64,000 bases of DNA, taken from Spirochaetia bacterium. Its GTDB lineage: Bacteria > Spirochaetota > Spirochaetia > CADAEX01. Below the pieces are notes generated by a model. That model was not told the origin of the DNA. It made no database searches and was given only the letters and a program-made list of their open reading frames with translations. Within the stretch, counting starts at the first letter, position 1. The number at the start of each line of letters is the position of its first letter. The stretch spans positions 448,001 to 512,000 of the forward strand of contig OY759746.1 in the NCBI GenBank assembly GCA_963662795.1, in the 5' to 3' direction. The position numbers were made by a program, and so were the translations under genes. Shown here one piece after another: positions 40,048-51,076 of the stretch.

Positions 40048-41574
40048 CTATGCAGTAAGTATAGATAATAACTTTTGTTCATCTCTTACCTCACCATTTT
40101 TATATTCTCCAATTATTTTTCCTTTTTTCAGGACAATGAACCTGTCAGGTACTTCAAGTATTTCAGCAAGCTCTGATGAAACAAATATTATCGATTTTCC
40201 TTTTTCTGCTTCGGATTTTAGTAAATTATAGATCTCAAATTTCGCTCCCACATCTATTCCTCTTGTTGGTTCGTCCAAAATTAATATTTCCGAATCAGCA
40301 AGCAACCACTTTCCAAGTACAATTTTTTGCTGATTCCCACCACTTAAATTTGCAATTAGTATTTTAGCATTAGCTGGTTTTACACTTAATTCATTAACAA
40401 TTTTATTTGCAAATATTTTTTCCTTTTTTAAATTGATAAACCCTTTATAGTTTTGAAATATTTTCAAACTGCTTAACGTTATATTTTTTGCTACGCTGAG
40501 AAATGGGATAATGCCTTCAAGTTTCCTATCTTCTGTTATAAATCCGATTCCATTTTTAATACTGTATTTGATACTTCTGGATTTTCTTTCTTTACCGTGA
40601 ATAAAAACGCTGCCTCCATTTGATTTATTAATACCATATATGATTTTTAATATTTCAGTTTTACCACTACCGAGTAGACCGGTTATTCCCAGTATTTCTC
40701 CTTTCTTCAATTTAAAACTTACATCATCAACCTTTTTTTCGTATTTGATGTTTTTTACTTCTAAAATAATTTCATTTGGTCCATTATATATCCTTGATGC
40801 ACCACGGCGTATATTTTTTGTACCCAACATTTTATGTATCAATAAATCTTTATCAATTTCAGTTGTTTTAAATATTCCCTCACTTCTTCCGTCTTTTAAA
40901 ACCAATATATTATCACTTACTGCTATAACTTCATCTAAAAAATGAGAAACAAAAATTATTGCGACATCTTTTTTCTTCAATTTCTTTATATGCGTAAAAA
41001 GGAATTTTTTTTCATTTTCTGACATACTAGAAGTTGGTTCATCAAGAAGTAATACTTTTGAGTTCAATATTAATGCTTTAATTATTTCAATAATTTGTTT
41101 ATTAGCAGGTGTTAGTTCTGAAACGCAAGTGCAGGGACCAACATCCTCTAAATTAATATCAAGATATTCAATATATTTTTTCACTAAATTGTTTATGCTT
41201 TTCCAGTTAATAAATGGCGATTGATTATTCCAAGCTCCAAGAACAATATTTTCTGCAACAGTTAGATTTGGACACAATGCACTTTCCTGAGATACATAAG
41301 CTATTTTATATAATTCACGTGCTTGATGAGGTGAACTGATCTCAATATTTTTTCCATTAATTAATATATTACCTCCATCGTTATTATAGACACCAGTTAA
41401 TATTTTTATTAATGTTGATTTACCTGCACCATTCTCACCGACAATACCCAATATTTCACCACTGTTAAGTTTAATTGAAACCTGATCAAGTGCTTTAACA
41501 CTCAAAAAATTTTTACTAATATTTTGCATTTCAAGGTAATTTTTAGTTTCTGTATTTTCCTGGTTAGTGTTCAT
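40048..41574 (-). CDS. Sugar ABC transporter ATP-binding protein (RbsA-like)
   Basis: GENGAGKS, LDEPT, LSGGNQQK, DEPTRGIDVGAK. Confidence 0.95.
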   Translation of the reverse strand: MNTNQENTETKNYLEMQNISKNFLSVKALDQVSIKLNSGEILGIVGENGAGKSTLIKILTGVYNNDGGNILINGKNIEISSPHQARELYKIAYVSQESALCPNLTVAENIVLGAWNNQSPFINWKSINNLVKKYIEYLDINLEDVGPCTCVSELTPANKQIIEIIKALILNSKVLLLDEPTSSMSENEKKFLFTHIKKLKKKDVAIIFVSHFLDEVIAVSDNILVLKDGRSEGIFKTTEIDKDLLIHKMLGTKNIRRGASRIYNGPNEIILEVKNIKYEKKVDDVSFKLKKGEILGITGLLGSGKTEILKIIYGINKSNGGSVFIHGKERKSRSIKYSIKNGIGFITEDRKLEGIIPFLSVAKNITLSSLKIFQNYKGFINLKKEKIFANKIVNELSVKPANAKILIANLSGGNQQKIVLGKWLLADSEILILDEPTRGIDVGAKFEIYNLLKSEAEKGKSIIFVSSELAEILEVPDRFIVLKKGKIIGEYKNGEVRDEQKLLSILTA

Positions 41575-41600
41575 AAAAAATTCCTTATAATATTTTTATT

Positions 41601-41643
41601 AAATATTGTGATGCAGTGAATCATCCACTGCATCACAATATTT
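41601..41643. repeat. Perfect 18-bp stem-loop after the binding-protein gene
   Basis: AAATATTGTGATGCAGTG / CACTGCATCACAATATTT. Confidence 0.85.
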
Positions 41644-41644
41644 C

Positions 41645-42706
41645 TTAACTACGAAGTAGTTTTCTTAATTCTTCAGGAATTTCTGTACCACCTATTGGTA
41701 AATCTCCCCACAAAGCCGTATAATTTTTTATGTTAGCAGGTGTAAGTGTTTCTGTATCAAAAAATAAATTGGGAGGTAATTCAGCGGTTCCATATTTAAT
41801 GGCATGATATGCCAGAAGTACTGCAACTCTTCCCTGCGTATCAGGATACTGAGATACGCATACATCCATATTTCCTTTTCTTACAACATCAAGGGCAAAC
41901 TGAGTTCCGTCAACACCACCTGTTATAATGTGTTTAGGATTACCTTGCGGATATACTTTGCTAAGCTGTTCCATTGCTGCAAATACACCGGACGCCATGC
42001 AATCAGCTTCCATAAATATACAATCGATTTCAGGATGAGCAGTAAGATGTGCCAATGTTGCTTCCATGGCTGGCTGAGGCTCCCAATCACATGCACTTTG
42101 AGCAATTAAATTAATTTTGAATTCAGGATTCATATTCATAACTTCCCAGAATCCTTTATCTCTATCTCTTGAAGGAGAAGAACCTAATTGTCCCCTTATT
42201 TGAATCATATTTATTTGCTTTTTTCCTGTTGCTTTAAATTGATTAATAAATTCACGTGCAATTTTTCTTCCGGCTTCGACGTTATCCGACTGTATAACAG
42301 TTGCAACATTTCCTCCGGTAATACTTCTATCGATGGCAATTACGGGAATATTTGCTTTTTTGCAATTCTCAACTGCGACAGACAATGCATCAGAATCCAT
42401 CGGTATTATAATTATTGCATCTGCTTTTTTTGCTATTGCATCATTTATCATATCTATCTGTCTTGTGAGCACATTATTTGCATCCATAACAGATCCTTCA
42501 AATCCCAGTCTTCCAAGTTCTTGTGCAAAACCATATGCTGCAGCTACAAAAAAAGGCGAAACAAAAGAATAGTGTGATAGAACTATATTTACCTTTTCCA
42601 ATTCACCACTATTTTTTGTCACTTCATCTTTTTTAGAACACCCTGCGAAAAGAATTGTCAGCATTAAAAAAACAACCAACAATTTCCAGATTTTTTTTTG
42701 TCCCAT
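41645..42706 (-). CDS. Sugar ABC substrate-binding lipoprotein (RbsB-like)
   Basis: Lipobox FAGC, IPVIAIDR, SDNVEAG, GVDG. Confidence 0.92.
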   Translation of the reverse strand: MGQKKIWKLLVVFLMLTILFAGCSKKDEVTKNSGELEKVNIVLSHYSFVSPFFVAAAYGFAQELGRLGFEGSVMDANNVLTRQIDMINDAIAKKADAIIIIPMDSDALSVAVENCKKANIPVIAIDRSITGGNVATVIQSDNVEAGRKIAREFINQFKATGKKQINMIQIRGQLGSSPSRDRDKGFWEVMNMNPEFKINLIAQSACDWEPQPAMEATLAHLTAHPEIDCIFMEADCMASGVFAAMEQLSKVYPQGNPKHIITGGVDGTQFALDVVRKGNMDVCVSQYPDTQGRVAVLLAYHAIKYGTAELPPNLFFDTETLTPANIKNYTALWGDLPIGGTEIPEELRKLLRS

Positions 42707-42738
42707 AATAATCCTCCATTTTATATTCTCTAAAATTT

Positions 42739-44256
42739 TTAAAAAATTTTTAGACCATTTAAAAAATGTTTATTTTCAAGATTCTTTCGCCAAACTTTAT
42801 AATATTCTTCATAAATTTGACTTTTTTCAGGCTCGGGGTTGATTTTACATCTAGTTTTATTCAATTCTTTTGCTTTGCTATCAATGCTTTCGTAATAACC
42901 CAATGCATATCCTGCGATGATAGCTGATCCGAGCAATGAACATTCTTGCTGACTTAGCAATAAACATGGCAATCCTAGTACATTAGCTTTTATCTGGTTC
43001 CAGATAATACTTGCAGAACCTCCTCCTATAATTCTCATTTCAGTAGGTTTAGCTATTAAAAGATTTTTCATTTCCTCTAAATAGCCTTTATATTCATATG
43101 CAATTCCTTCAAGAATTGATTTGTAAAAATGCTCCGGTGAATGTGAAAAATCTATTCCGATCCAGGCACCTCTATAATCGGGATTAGGTTGTGTACCTCC
43201 AATATAAGGATAAAAGCCTAATCCAGAGCACCCACTCGGTATATCTTTACAGCTCTCTGATAATTTATCATAAATATTTTCTTCAACATTTGAATTAAAA
43301 AAATTATCCCTAAACCACCTGATCCCTCCGCCACCAGTAGTAAATCCAAAAGTATACCATATATTTTTTACAGGCGATTTTAGAACTCTTAAAACTCCTG
43401 AAGGATCTGGTTTCCAGCTATCTTTAGCAACAAAAACAATTGAAGCAGTACCAGCAATATCTCCCAACTGATTGTCATTCAATATTCCAGCGCCTACTCC
43501 GGCACACGGGAAATCTCCTCCCCCAGAAATTACAGGGATGCCTTCAGTTAATTCCAATAACATTGCATAATAAGAACATAATTTTCCAATAATTTTTTCT
43601 GGTTCCGTAATTTCTGGAAGTTTTTCTATATCAATACCGGTACTTTCACAAATTTCTCTATCCCATTGACATTTTTCAATGTCAGCAATACCACTAAAAC
43701 CTAATGTTGTATTTTCATAATACGCATCTTTACCATTTAAATTCGCAAATTTACCGCCAATATATGTTGCAATAAGAACCATTTTATACGCTTTCTTATA
43801 TATTTCTGGTCTTTCATTTTTCCACCAAAGTATTTTAGGGCCATGAACAATACCAACATTTGTACCAGTTTTATTTAGTATAATGTCACCGCATTCTTTG
43901 ATCATCTCTGGAACATATTTTCCACATCTCATATCTATCCAAGAATCATATTCACTAACAGCATTATAATCTTGGTCTATCCACATTAACCCTGATTGTT
44001 GTCCATCAAAAATAATTCCTTCTACATTTTTTTTATTTATGTTTGATTTATAAAGACATTCTCTTATAGTTGTTACTACAGAAGCCATTAATTCATCTAC
44101 CAATTGAATAGTTGCTCCTGCTTCAGGGTGATAAAGCTTTGTTTCCTTAAATGAAGTACAAACAATTTCTCCGCCAAGATCAAACAACATTGTTTTTGTT
44201 CCTGAGCCTCCAATATCTGAACAAATAACATATTTTTTTTTAATATTTTCTCTCAT
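42739..44256 (-). CDS. FGGY-family carbohydrate kinase (xylulokinase-like)
   Basis: DIGGSGTK, DGQQSG, WIDMR, GGGD, GTAS, ILEGIA, IGGGS. Confidence 0.92.
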   Translation of the reverse strand: MRENIKKKYVICSDIGGSGTKTMLFDLGGEIVCTSFKETKLYHPEAGATIQLVDELMASVVTTIRECLYKSNINKKNVEGIIFDGQQSGLMWIDQDYNAVSEYDSWIDMRCGKYVPEMIKECGDIILNKTGTNVGIVHGPKILWWKNERPEIYKKAYKMVLIATYIGGKFANLNGKDAYYENTTLGFSGIADIEKCQWDREICESTGIDIEKLPEITEPEKIIGKLCSYYAMLLELTEGIPVISGGGDFPCAGVGAGILNDNQLGDIAGTASIVFVAKDSWKPDPSGVLRVLKSPVKNIWYTFGFTTGGGGIRWFRDNFFNSNVEENIYDKLSESCKDIPSGCSGLGFYPYIGGTQPNPDYRGAWIGIDFSHSPEHFYKSILEGIAYEYKGYLEEMKNLLIAKPTEMRIIGGGSASIIWNQIKANVLGLPCLLLSQQECSLLGSAIIAGYALGYYESIDSKAKELNKTRCKINPEPEKSQIYEEYYKVWRKNLENKHFLNGLKIF

Positions 44257-44268
44257 GATTCTTCTATA

Positions 44269-44284
44269 AGCAAAATATATGCCA
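44269..44284 (-). promoter_or_regulatory. Sigma54 -24/-12 promoter
   Basis: TGGCATATATTTTGCT with exact GG-N10-GC spacing upstream of the first operon gene. Confidence 0.85.
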
Positions 44285-44292
44285 AACATCAC

Positions 44293-44346
44293 ATAAGTAC
44301 TTATAAAACAACTCTAGATATAAGTACTTATTTTATAAGTACTTAT
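44293..44346. promoter_or_regulatory. Three perfect 12-bp palindromes ATAAGTACTTAT
   Basis: At 44293-44304, 44320-44331 and 44335-44346. Confidence 0.7.
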
Positions 44347-44410
44347 TAGTATTTTAAAAAATAATGTTTTTGATTTTTATTTATTCAAATAGTTGAATCC
44401 CATTAATTAT

Positions 44411-44584
44411 TACCCAAGTGTGTATTTAATGTTTTTATATATCCTTTTGGGTAATTTTATATTCTTTTACTATTCCCAATTTGGATATCCACTAACTGGC
44501 TGCTGACAAAGGCACAGGAATTCTCATAAATCTTTAATTATGATATAATTCTACTCAATCGGGAAGAAAGTATCATGATGGGAA
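44411..44584. promoter_or_regulatory. Candidate upstream activator sites, TAYCC-N4-GGGWA x5 (degenerate)
   Basis: 14-mers at 44411, 44440, 44474, 44552 and 44571. Confidence 0.5.
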
Positions 44585-46819
44585 GTAAAGGAAATGGTGA
44601 TTTTTTGTAACTATTCAGCTATTCCAGTACTGCAGGCAAAATAATATTTCCAGTAAAAACACTTTTCAGTGCTTTAAGTACAGATTGGCCAGATTTTTTA
44701 ATACCTGATATATAGTTCTTGTTATACAGAAAGATTTAGCTCCTTACTAAGAGCGAAAAGTACCTGATCTCTTCTGCTGTACTTTAATCATTCTGATATC
44801 CCGTTCAGCCTGATTATTGTCAAATGGGACTTTTGGATCATAAATAAATCTAACTACATCAAGTTTGTATTTCTTTAATCTATATAACAGGTTATAGGCT
44901 TTTGTTTGTTTTACTCGACCTCGTTTACCATGCTTTTTTAGATTTTCGGGATTTTGTTTGAATCCTTCCCTGACAATCCTCTCATACCGACGTTTGTAAT
45001 ATAAAGTACGATGAGCACTTAATTCACCTTGCCTAACTATTTCTTCTTTTGAGTCACATAGACAGGATATCATTTTTTGTGCCCAATTTTGACTTTATTC
45101 TTCTGCAAGATAAGTAAGTTCTCTTAGATGATGGGCATTACAAAGAGCAGGAGTGCAATTATCTTCATAATAAGATCTCTAGTGATCATGAACTGCAGTG
45201 CCGCGAAAACATGGAAGGATTCCCATATCACAGATTGCTGCATTTCCCCGTTTTATATGAGGGAAATAATAAGTTAGCTGCTTATCTGAAGCTAGATGAA
45301 GCCAATGCAGTTTCCCAAGTATTCTATGTTCGGATTCGTCAAAATAGAGAACATCAGATTCAAGAAGCCTGTTTTTTATTTTATTTACAACAGGTTTAAG
45401 CTTTGAAGCACAGTTGTTATTGAAATTAACCAAAGTTCCCGTACTTGTCGATGTTCCAGGAATCCCTTCAAGAGTTTCTTGTAATCTTTCATAACTCAAA
45501 AATCCATGTTGTTTTAAAAATATGGCCAAAGATTTTAACTGATTTCCATACTGAGCATTTTGATTAATTCCTTCAGGAAATTCAGCATGATGTATTCTTC
45601 CACACCGTGGATACTTTTTGAACCCAAAATGATGTTCGGTTACCTTTATTTTAATTTCAGGAATATCAAAGACCTGACGTGAATCATATCCACAAGGCTT
45701 TTCACTGGATAAATCATGACCACAATCACAATGTCCTTCTACATTAGAGAAGGAACCTCTGAATAATTCAAGTTTTTAAGCACCTTTTCTATAATTAATT
45801 CTGTTCAGATAATCCTATGAAGGAAAACGGGTCAAAAATCCTGAATTACTCCCCTAAGGGATTCATGTTTTTCATACCCATCCCGGGTATTTTTCTTAAT
45901 TATTTCCGTTATGCACATGAGAGACCCTGTCTTTTCGCCAAAACAATATTTATCAGTGCACATGAAACAAATACATGATTTGCATTTTTATCAAGACCAC
46001 GATCCTGACCTTTTGATATCCAAACTGTCTTTTAAGTACATGAAAGACATGTTCTACCTTTGCCCTGATTCGTGATTTGTTTCTGTTCTGCTCTTTCTCT
46101 TTCTCAGTAAGTACTTTATTCCTGCTTCCCTTTTTCTGTATAAAGCTTTTTGCACAAGGTGATACTTTTGATATTTTTTCCTTTTGTCCACAGTAGGCAG
46201 AATCTCCTCAGACTCTTGTTTCTTCTCCATGAAGAAGATCTTCCAGTACCTGCGAATCATGCACACTTGCGGCTGTTACAACCACTGAATGTATCAGTTT
46301 TGTCCTGCTGTCCACTCCTATGTGGGTTTTCATTCCAAAATGCCACTGATTCCCTTTTTTCGTCTGCTTCATTTCAGGGTCTCTTTCTTTTTTTATATTC
46401 TTTGTTGAACTAGCCGCTTCTATTATTGTGGCATCTACTATAGTTCCTTTATAGATCTTTATTCCGTTTTCATGCAGATATTCATTCACTTTGGCAAAAA
46501 GTTCAGATCCAGGGTTTCTTGATTCAAGCAGATGCCGGAACTTCAGTATTATTGTTTCATCAGGGACTGGTTCTTCTCCAAGGTCTATTCCGGCAAAATA
46601 CCTGAAAACTTTTGAATCATATAATGCTTCTTCTGCTCCAGGGTCTGATAACTGAAACCAGTGCTGCAGAAAATGTATTCTAAGCATTTTTTCTATACCA
46701 ATAGGTCTTCTTCCTGCTCCTTCCGGTTTCGGATAATATGGCTCGATTACTTCGGACAGTTCTTTCCACGGTATTATTTGTCAACACCGGTTTAAAATTG
46801 CTGTTTCCGGCAAAACATA

Positions 46820-47584
46820 TTAGAAGTCAACGCCTCCTATTTTCAACCGGTCTTTCATCCGGTATGAATCACCTGCAAGACTCAGAACATGAGAATGGTG
46901 GAGAAGCCTGTCGAGGGTAGCGGTAGCCACGGCATCATCGCTCATAATTTCTCCCCAATGTCCAAAATTTTTATTTGATGTTAGAATAATCGAACCATTT
47001 TCATAGCGAGTATTAACAAACTGGAAAAATAAAGTAGCTTGTTCAGGAGTAAGATTTTCATATCCAACTTCGTCAACTAAAAGCACATGTGGTTTTGAAA
47101 ACCATTGCAGTTTCCTTCTAAACTTTCCTTGTTCTCTGGATTTTAATAATCGCTCAAGCAAATCTACACAGGAAATGTAATAAGCGGTAAAACCGTTCAT
47201 GCATGCCTTATATCCTAAAGCCAGAAGAAGATGGGTTTTGCCAAGACCACTTGGGCCGAGAAGAATAATATTCTCTTTTCGCTCAATGAAAGCAAGAGAA
47301 GATAGTTCATTAAACTTTTTCTGGGTTAGCCCACCTTTCAGCCAGCTCAGATCGAAGTCTTCCAGATTCTTATGCTGAGGGATTCCTGAAACCTTCAACC
47401 GTGTTCTGGCCATTCGTTCTTTACGGGGGTGATATTCAAGATCAACTAAATCAGATAAAACTTCCAGAAGCGTATTCTCACGCCTGGATTGGTCGCTAAG
47501 AAATGATTCAAAACCAGCTGACATAAATGAAAGATTGAGCTCTTCCATGCGTGCTTTTACAAGCCCCATTGATATTGTACTCAT
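46820..47584 (-). CDS. istB: IS21 helper ATPase IstB
   Basis: GPSGLGKTHL, LVDEVGY, TSNK, LDRLLHH. Confidence 0.95.
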   Translation of the reverse strand: MSTISMGLVKARMEELNLSFMSAGFESFLSDQSRRENTLLEVLSDLVDLEYHPRKERMARTRLKVSGIPQHKNLEDFDLSWLKGGLTQKKFNELSSLAFIERKENIILLGPSGLGKTHLLLALGYKACMNGFTAYYISCVDLLERLLKSREQGKFRRKLQWFSKPHVLLVDEVGYENLTPEQATLFFQFVNTRYENGSIILTSNKNFGHWGEIMSDDAVATATLDRLLHHSHVLSLAGDSYRMKDRLKIGGVDF

Positions 47585-48819
47585 GAAACCCTCCTGCTGC
47601 CTGTTGTAAGCTTTTCATAATCAGCCGGAGAACGAGTAACTACGTCAGTCCTGGAAATCTTTTTACGCACCTGTTTAAATTGCTGTCTCTCCCATAGTTC
47701 ATATAATGCTTTACGATCTTCATCCCTGAAGAGCCTCATATTCTTATTATTCATCTCAAGCTGGATGTTTCTTATGAATTTTTCATTACAGAACACTTCA
47801 GCTTCCGGTAAAAACGGGTCTACCTGTAATTAAACGGTTTTGCCAATAAGTTTTGGGGGAACACTGTAACGGTTTGTTTTATACAGTATCAAAGATTCAT
47901 TAGAGATCTTTAACACAACTGAGTTTCTGCAGTTATATTCCGTTTCCGGTAATGAAAGTAGGAAATACTTTTCAACTTTAAATCTCTGCTCACGACTTTC
48001 GCCAAGATCACGTATCTTTTTATGATTTATTTCTTTTATCCAGGAAACAACTCCTTCATTTAATTCTGTAAGATTTAACGGCTTCTCTTTTGCCTGCAGA
48101 AAATAATTATTGCTGTAGTAATCAATAAAGCGCTCTACCTTTCCTTTGCTTTGAGGTCTTCTGACTTTGCAGCGTCTGGGTATAAACCCATAATGATTCG
48201 CAAATGAGAGAAGCCGCTGATTTACTTTCCAGATTCCATCATTATAAATAAAAGCTGTTTTCATATTGTCATATAATATTTCTTTAGGGATTCCGCCAAA
48301 GTATAAGAATGCCATAATATGACATGCTAAAAGTGTTGCCTGATCCATACAGGTCGTATGAATAACAAACGGAGCTCTGCTGTATCCAAAAACAAAAGCA
48401 AATGCATATAGTTTCTGTTTCTTTCCGTCAACGATTCTTGTTCCATGAACTTTCCAATCTACTTGTGCTTGAAAGCCTGGTTCTGTTTCAAAACGAATTA
48501 CAGCTTTGGTGGTTATCTCAGCTGATTTTTCAGCAGCATAATCCCGAAGGATAGTTATGCTCCCTTTATACCCCTGTTTTTTAAGTCTCTCAAGCAGCAC
48601 AACACGATTGTAATCAGGTGTTTCATCAAGTATAGTGTCTATGAAAGGCTTGTATGATTCGAGAAGACTTATGTGTTCTCGAACTTTTCGTTTGCGGGGT
48701 GGCCCTGAGAGATACGTATATATTGTCCTCTCACTTTTTCCCATTGTTTCTGCAATGTCTTTGATTTTAAATCCCTGCAGTCGTAAGCTTTTAGCTTCAT
48801 TCATTAGTTTCTCCAGCAT
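47581..48819 (-). pseudogene. istA: IS21 transposase IstA, frameshifted near 47830
   Basis: RFETEPGFQAQVDW, YDNMK, SKGKVER, YSVP; C-terminus in another frame. Confidence 0.88.
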
Positions 48820-49507
48820 TTTAGGGCGATTCCTTTTGTTTAGATTTGTGCTTAAACCTATTGAAAGGATATCTGCCCTTTTTTTCAAGCCGGTACCTGC
48901 AACTTTATTCCGGTGTTTTACTGCAGTTTAGCACCGGTGCTGACAATTATTTTATCCATCTGTTTAAGAAACAGTTCCTTCTTTGTTGTTTTTCTGTATT
49001 TTTCAAAGCCCTCTGTTGTTAAAGATACCTGACGCATTTTCTCACTCCTATAGCTGGCTTTGATTCTATCATTTTTTCAATAATTAATCAGAGGTTCCAG
49101 AAACTATTTCATCGGGGCTTTCTATCTTTTTGAGAGTTGTTCCTCCATGACCATGTTTCCCTCCGGCTTTGCCACCTTTTTTTCTTAAAGATTTTGTTTT
49201 CTTTTTCTTGTATGGATTGTCAGTAGAAGGAGATTTACTAAAGTTGTGGCTGTCTTTATTTATTATTGCTTCAAGTTTTTTTATTCTCTTTTCCTGTTCT
49301 TCAACTTTATCAGAAAGTTGATTAATTACATCCTGCAAGCTAAATACCAATTGTACTACTGCCTCGGGGCCTTGGTCATATACATTGAAAATTTGTTCAC
49401 GTGATAAATTTAAAAGCTTTTTTTCTGCTCTCCCATATTGGGAATATTTTAATATTTCGAATTCTTAATTAATACTTAACAAATGCTTTTTTTCGCTGAA
49501 TAGTTAC

Positions 49508-49918
49508 AAAAATTTAATGAAAGAAAAAATCAGCTTTTACGAAAGAATAAAATGCTTTCGTACTAAAACAGATAATTACGATTTAAAATCTTAACAATTA
49601 CTGATACTTTCACCAGAGAGTGTCTGTCACCGCATGTTGCATTGAGCATACAAATCAGCGCCGTAGTCAGTGTTTTAGAAAAGCTTAAATTACAAGAAAA
49701 AGCTTGAATATATCAGAATTGATAACGGCATGAAAGTTTATATCGAAATTTCCTGATTTGTGGTGTATGAATCTGGTGTAAAACTTTTATTTTCAAGACC
49801 TAGAAAACCGTATTAATCCTTTAACGTTAGTTACCACAAACAAATGTCTTCAGAGTAACTGGTTTTTATCTCTTGAAGATGTCATACAAAAATTGGTACA
49901 GTTTTTGGGGATAGATCA
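49508..49918 (+). mobile_element. Highly decayed IS3-family remnant
   Basis: LTITDTFTRECL, RIDNG, RPRKP fragments; end GTACAGTTTTTGGGGATAGATCA. Confidence 0.6.
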
Positions 49919-50884
49919 TATTCCGCCTGCCAATTTAATTTTGGATAAGACTTTCTCAATTATTGGTGTCTTTATCCCGTTTTCCTTGCCCATTCTTACA
50001 ATGCTGAAGCCGAATGTGTCAATTTCTGTTTTTTTCTTTCCTTTCTCAAGGTCAAGCTGAAAAGAGGTTTTAGCGGCTTTATCAATATTTAAAGCTATTC
50101 TGAAAGAATTTTCTTCAGAATCAGGGGGAAGGATAATGTTTTTCTTTTCCGCTATTGAGCGGATCTCTGCCATCATGCCGTAAAAATCCTTTTTTAATCC
50201 CTCATCAGATGTTATTCCATTGATGGTTACATTGTTCGCAGCAGTAATAAGGGCTGCAGGTGCTATAAAAATGAATTTTTTCCAGATCGGAACCTGCGGA
50301 TTTTCATCCCAGGTAAATTTTATCCCCATTTTTTTGAAGAAGGCAATAATCTCTTCCTTATCATAATCAGGATTTTCAAGGTCCGGGCCGGATACTATCC
50401 TTGCCATATCTCCCATCATGGCAACTACACCGGGCTCCTCAATTTTTGAAGCTATATACACACAGGACGGCAGAATAATTCCCCTTCCTGCCGCCTTTCT
50501 TATCTTTTCTTCGTTGCCGACACCGTTTAAAAGCGGAATAATTACTGTCTCATCTGTAATTTTTTCTTTAAGGGATTTCATTAATTCTTCAAGATCATAG
50601 CCTTTTACGGCCGCTATTATCAGATTAAGGTATGGAAGATCTGATATTTTATCAGTTGCTACATTCGGATAGCAGGTCAAAAGTTCGCCGGCCCAGGGTT
50701 TTAAGAGAAGACCGTTTTTTTTGACAGCTTCAAGATGAGCTCCTCTTGCAATAAAAGCTACATCCCGTTTGTCTTTGTAATTACCTGTAATATTAAGCGC
50801 AATCATGCCGCCGAAGTATCCGCCCACTCCTCCGAGGCCGGCGATGCAGATATGATTCGCAGCCTCACTCCTGTCAAGATTCAT
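49916..50884 (-). CDS. panE: Ketopantoate reductase family (PanE/ApbA)
   Basis: GLGGVGGYFG, AVKGYD, LLNG, WKKF, TSFQLD, TEID. Confidence 0.88.
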   Translation of the reverse strand: MNLDRSEAANHICIAGLGGVGGYFGGMIALNITGNYKDKRDVAFIARGAHLEAVKKNGLLLKPWAGELLTCYPNVATDKISDLPYLNLIIAAVKGYDLEELMKSLKEKITDETVIIPLLNGVGNEEKIRKAAGRGIILPSCVYIASKIEEPGVVAMMGDMARIVSGPDLENPDYDKEEIIAFFKKMGIKFTWDENPQVPIWKKFIFIAPAALITAANNVTINGITSDEGLKKDFYGMMAEIRSIAEKKNIILPPDSEENSFRIALNIDKAAKTSFQLDLEKGKKKTEIDTFGFSIVRMGKENGIKTPIIEKVLSKIKLAGGI

Positions 50885-51028
50885 AATTCCTCCCTGTTTT
50901 TGGATATTGTATTTACTTGATTACTTCATAAATATAACTTTAACTTTTTTTGATGTCCATAGAGGACACTGCCGGAAGCATACAGGGAATATTTTTCACA
51001 TGACGCGGAAATCAGCAATGAGCGCATG

Positions 51029-51057
51029 TTGACTCCTTAGGCAATACTAACTATATT
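51029..51057 (+). promoter_or_regulatory. Sigma70 promoter with DtxR/MntR-like operator in the spacer
   Basis: TTGACT-N17-TATATT; TTAG-N6-CTAA at 51037-51050. Confidence 0.65.
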
Positions 51058-51076
51058 AGTTACAGGAAATAATAAC

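Larger units (their letters stand above)
29933..44606 (-). other. AT-rich metabolic island between two IS stacks
   Basis: Visibly lower GC than 10.5-17.9 kb and 50-63 kb; 13 tightly packed co-oriented genes. Confidence 0.8.
46779..48945 (-). mobile_element. IS21-family element
   Basis: TGTCAACACCGGT / ACCGGTGCTGACA ends; ATTATT duplication. Confidence 0.92.
45909..49037 (-). pseudogene. IS5 transposase, split and frameshifted
   Basis: MRQVS..QMDKII|PW..MLRIHFLQHWF, VDATII, WHFGMKTHIGVD. Confidence 0.85.
45752..49098 (-). mobile_element. IS5-family element, interrupted by IS21
   Basis: IRs GGAACCTCTGAATAA / TTAATCAGAGGTTCC; AGAA duplication. Confidence 0.9.
44607..49507 (-). mobile_element. 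IS66-family single-ORF (ISBst12-like) element, decayed and interrupted
   Basis: 13-bp IRs GTAACTATTCAGC / GCTGAATAGTTAC; KDSHNFSKSPS, VHD, FDNNQAERDIRMIKV fragments. Confidence 0.85.
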
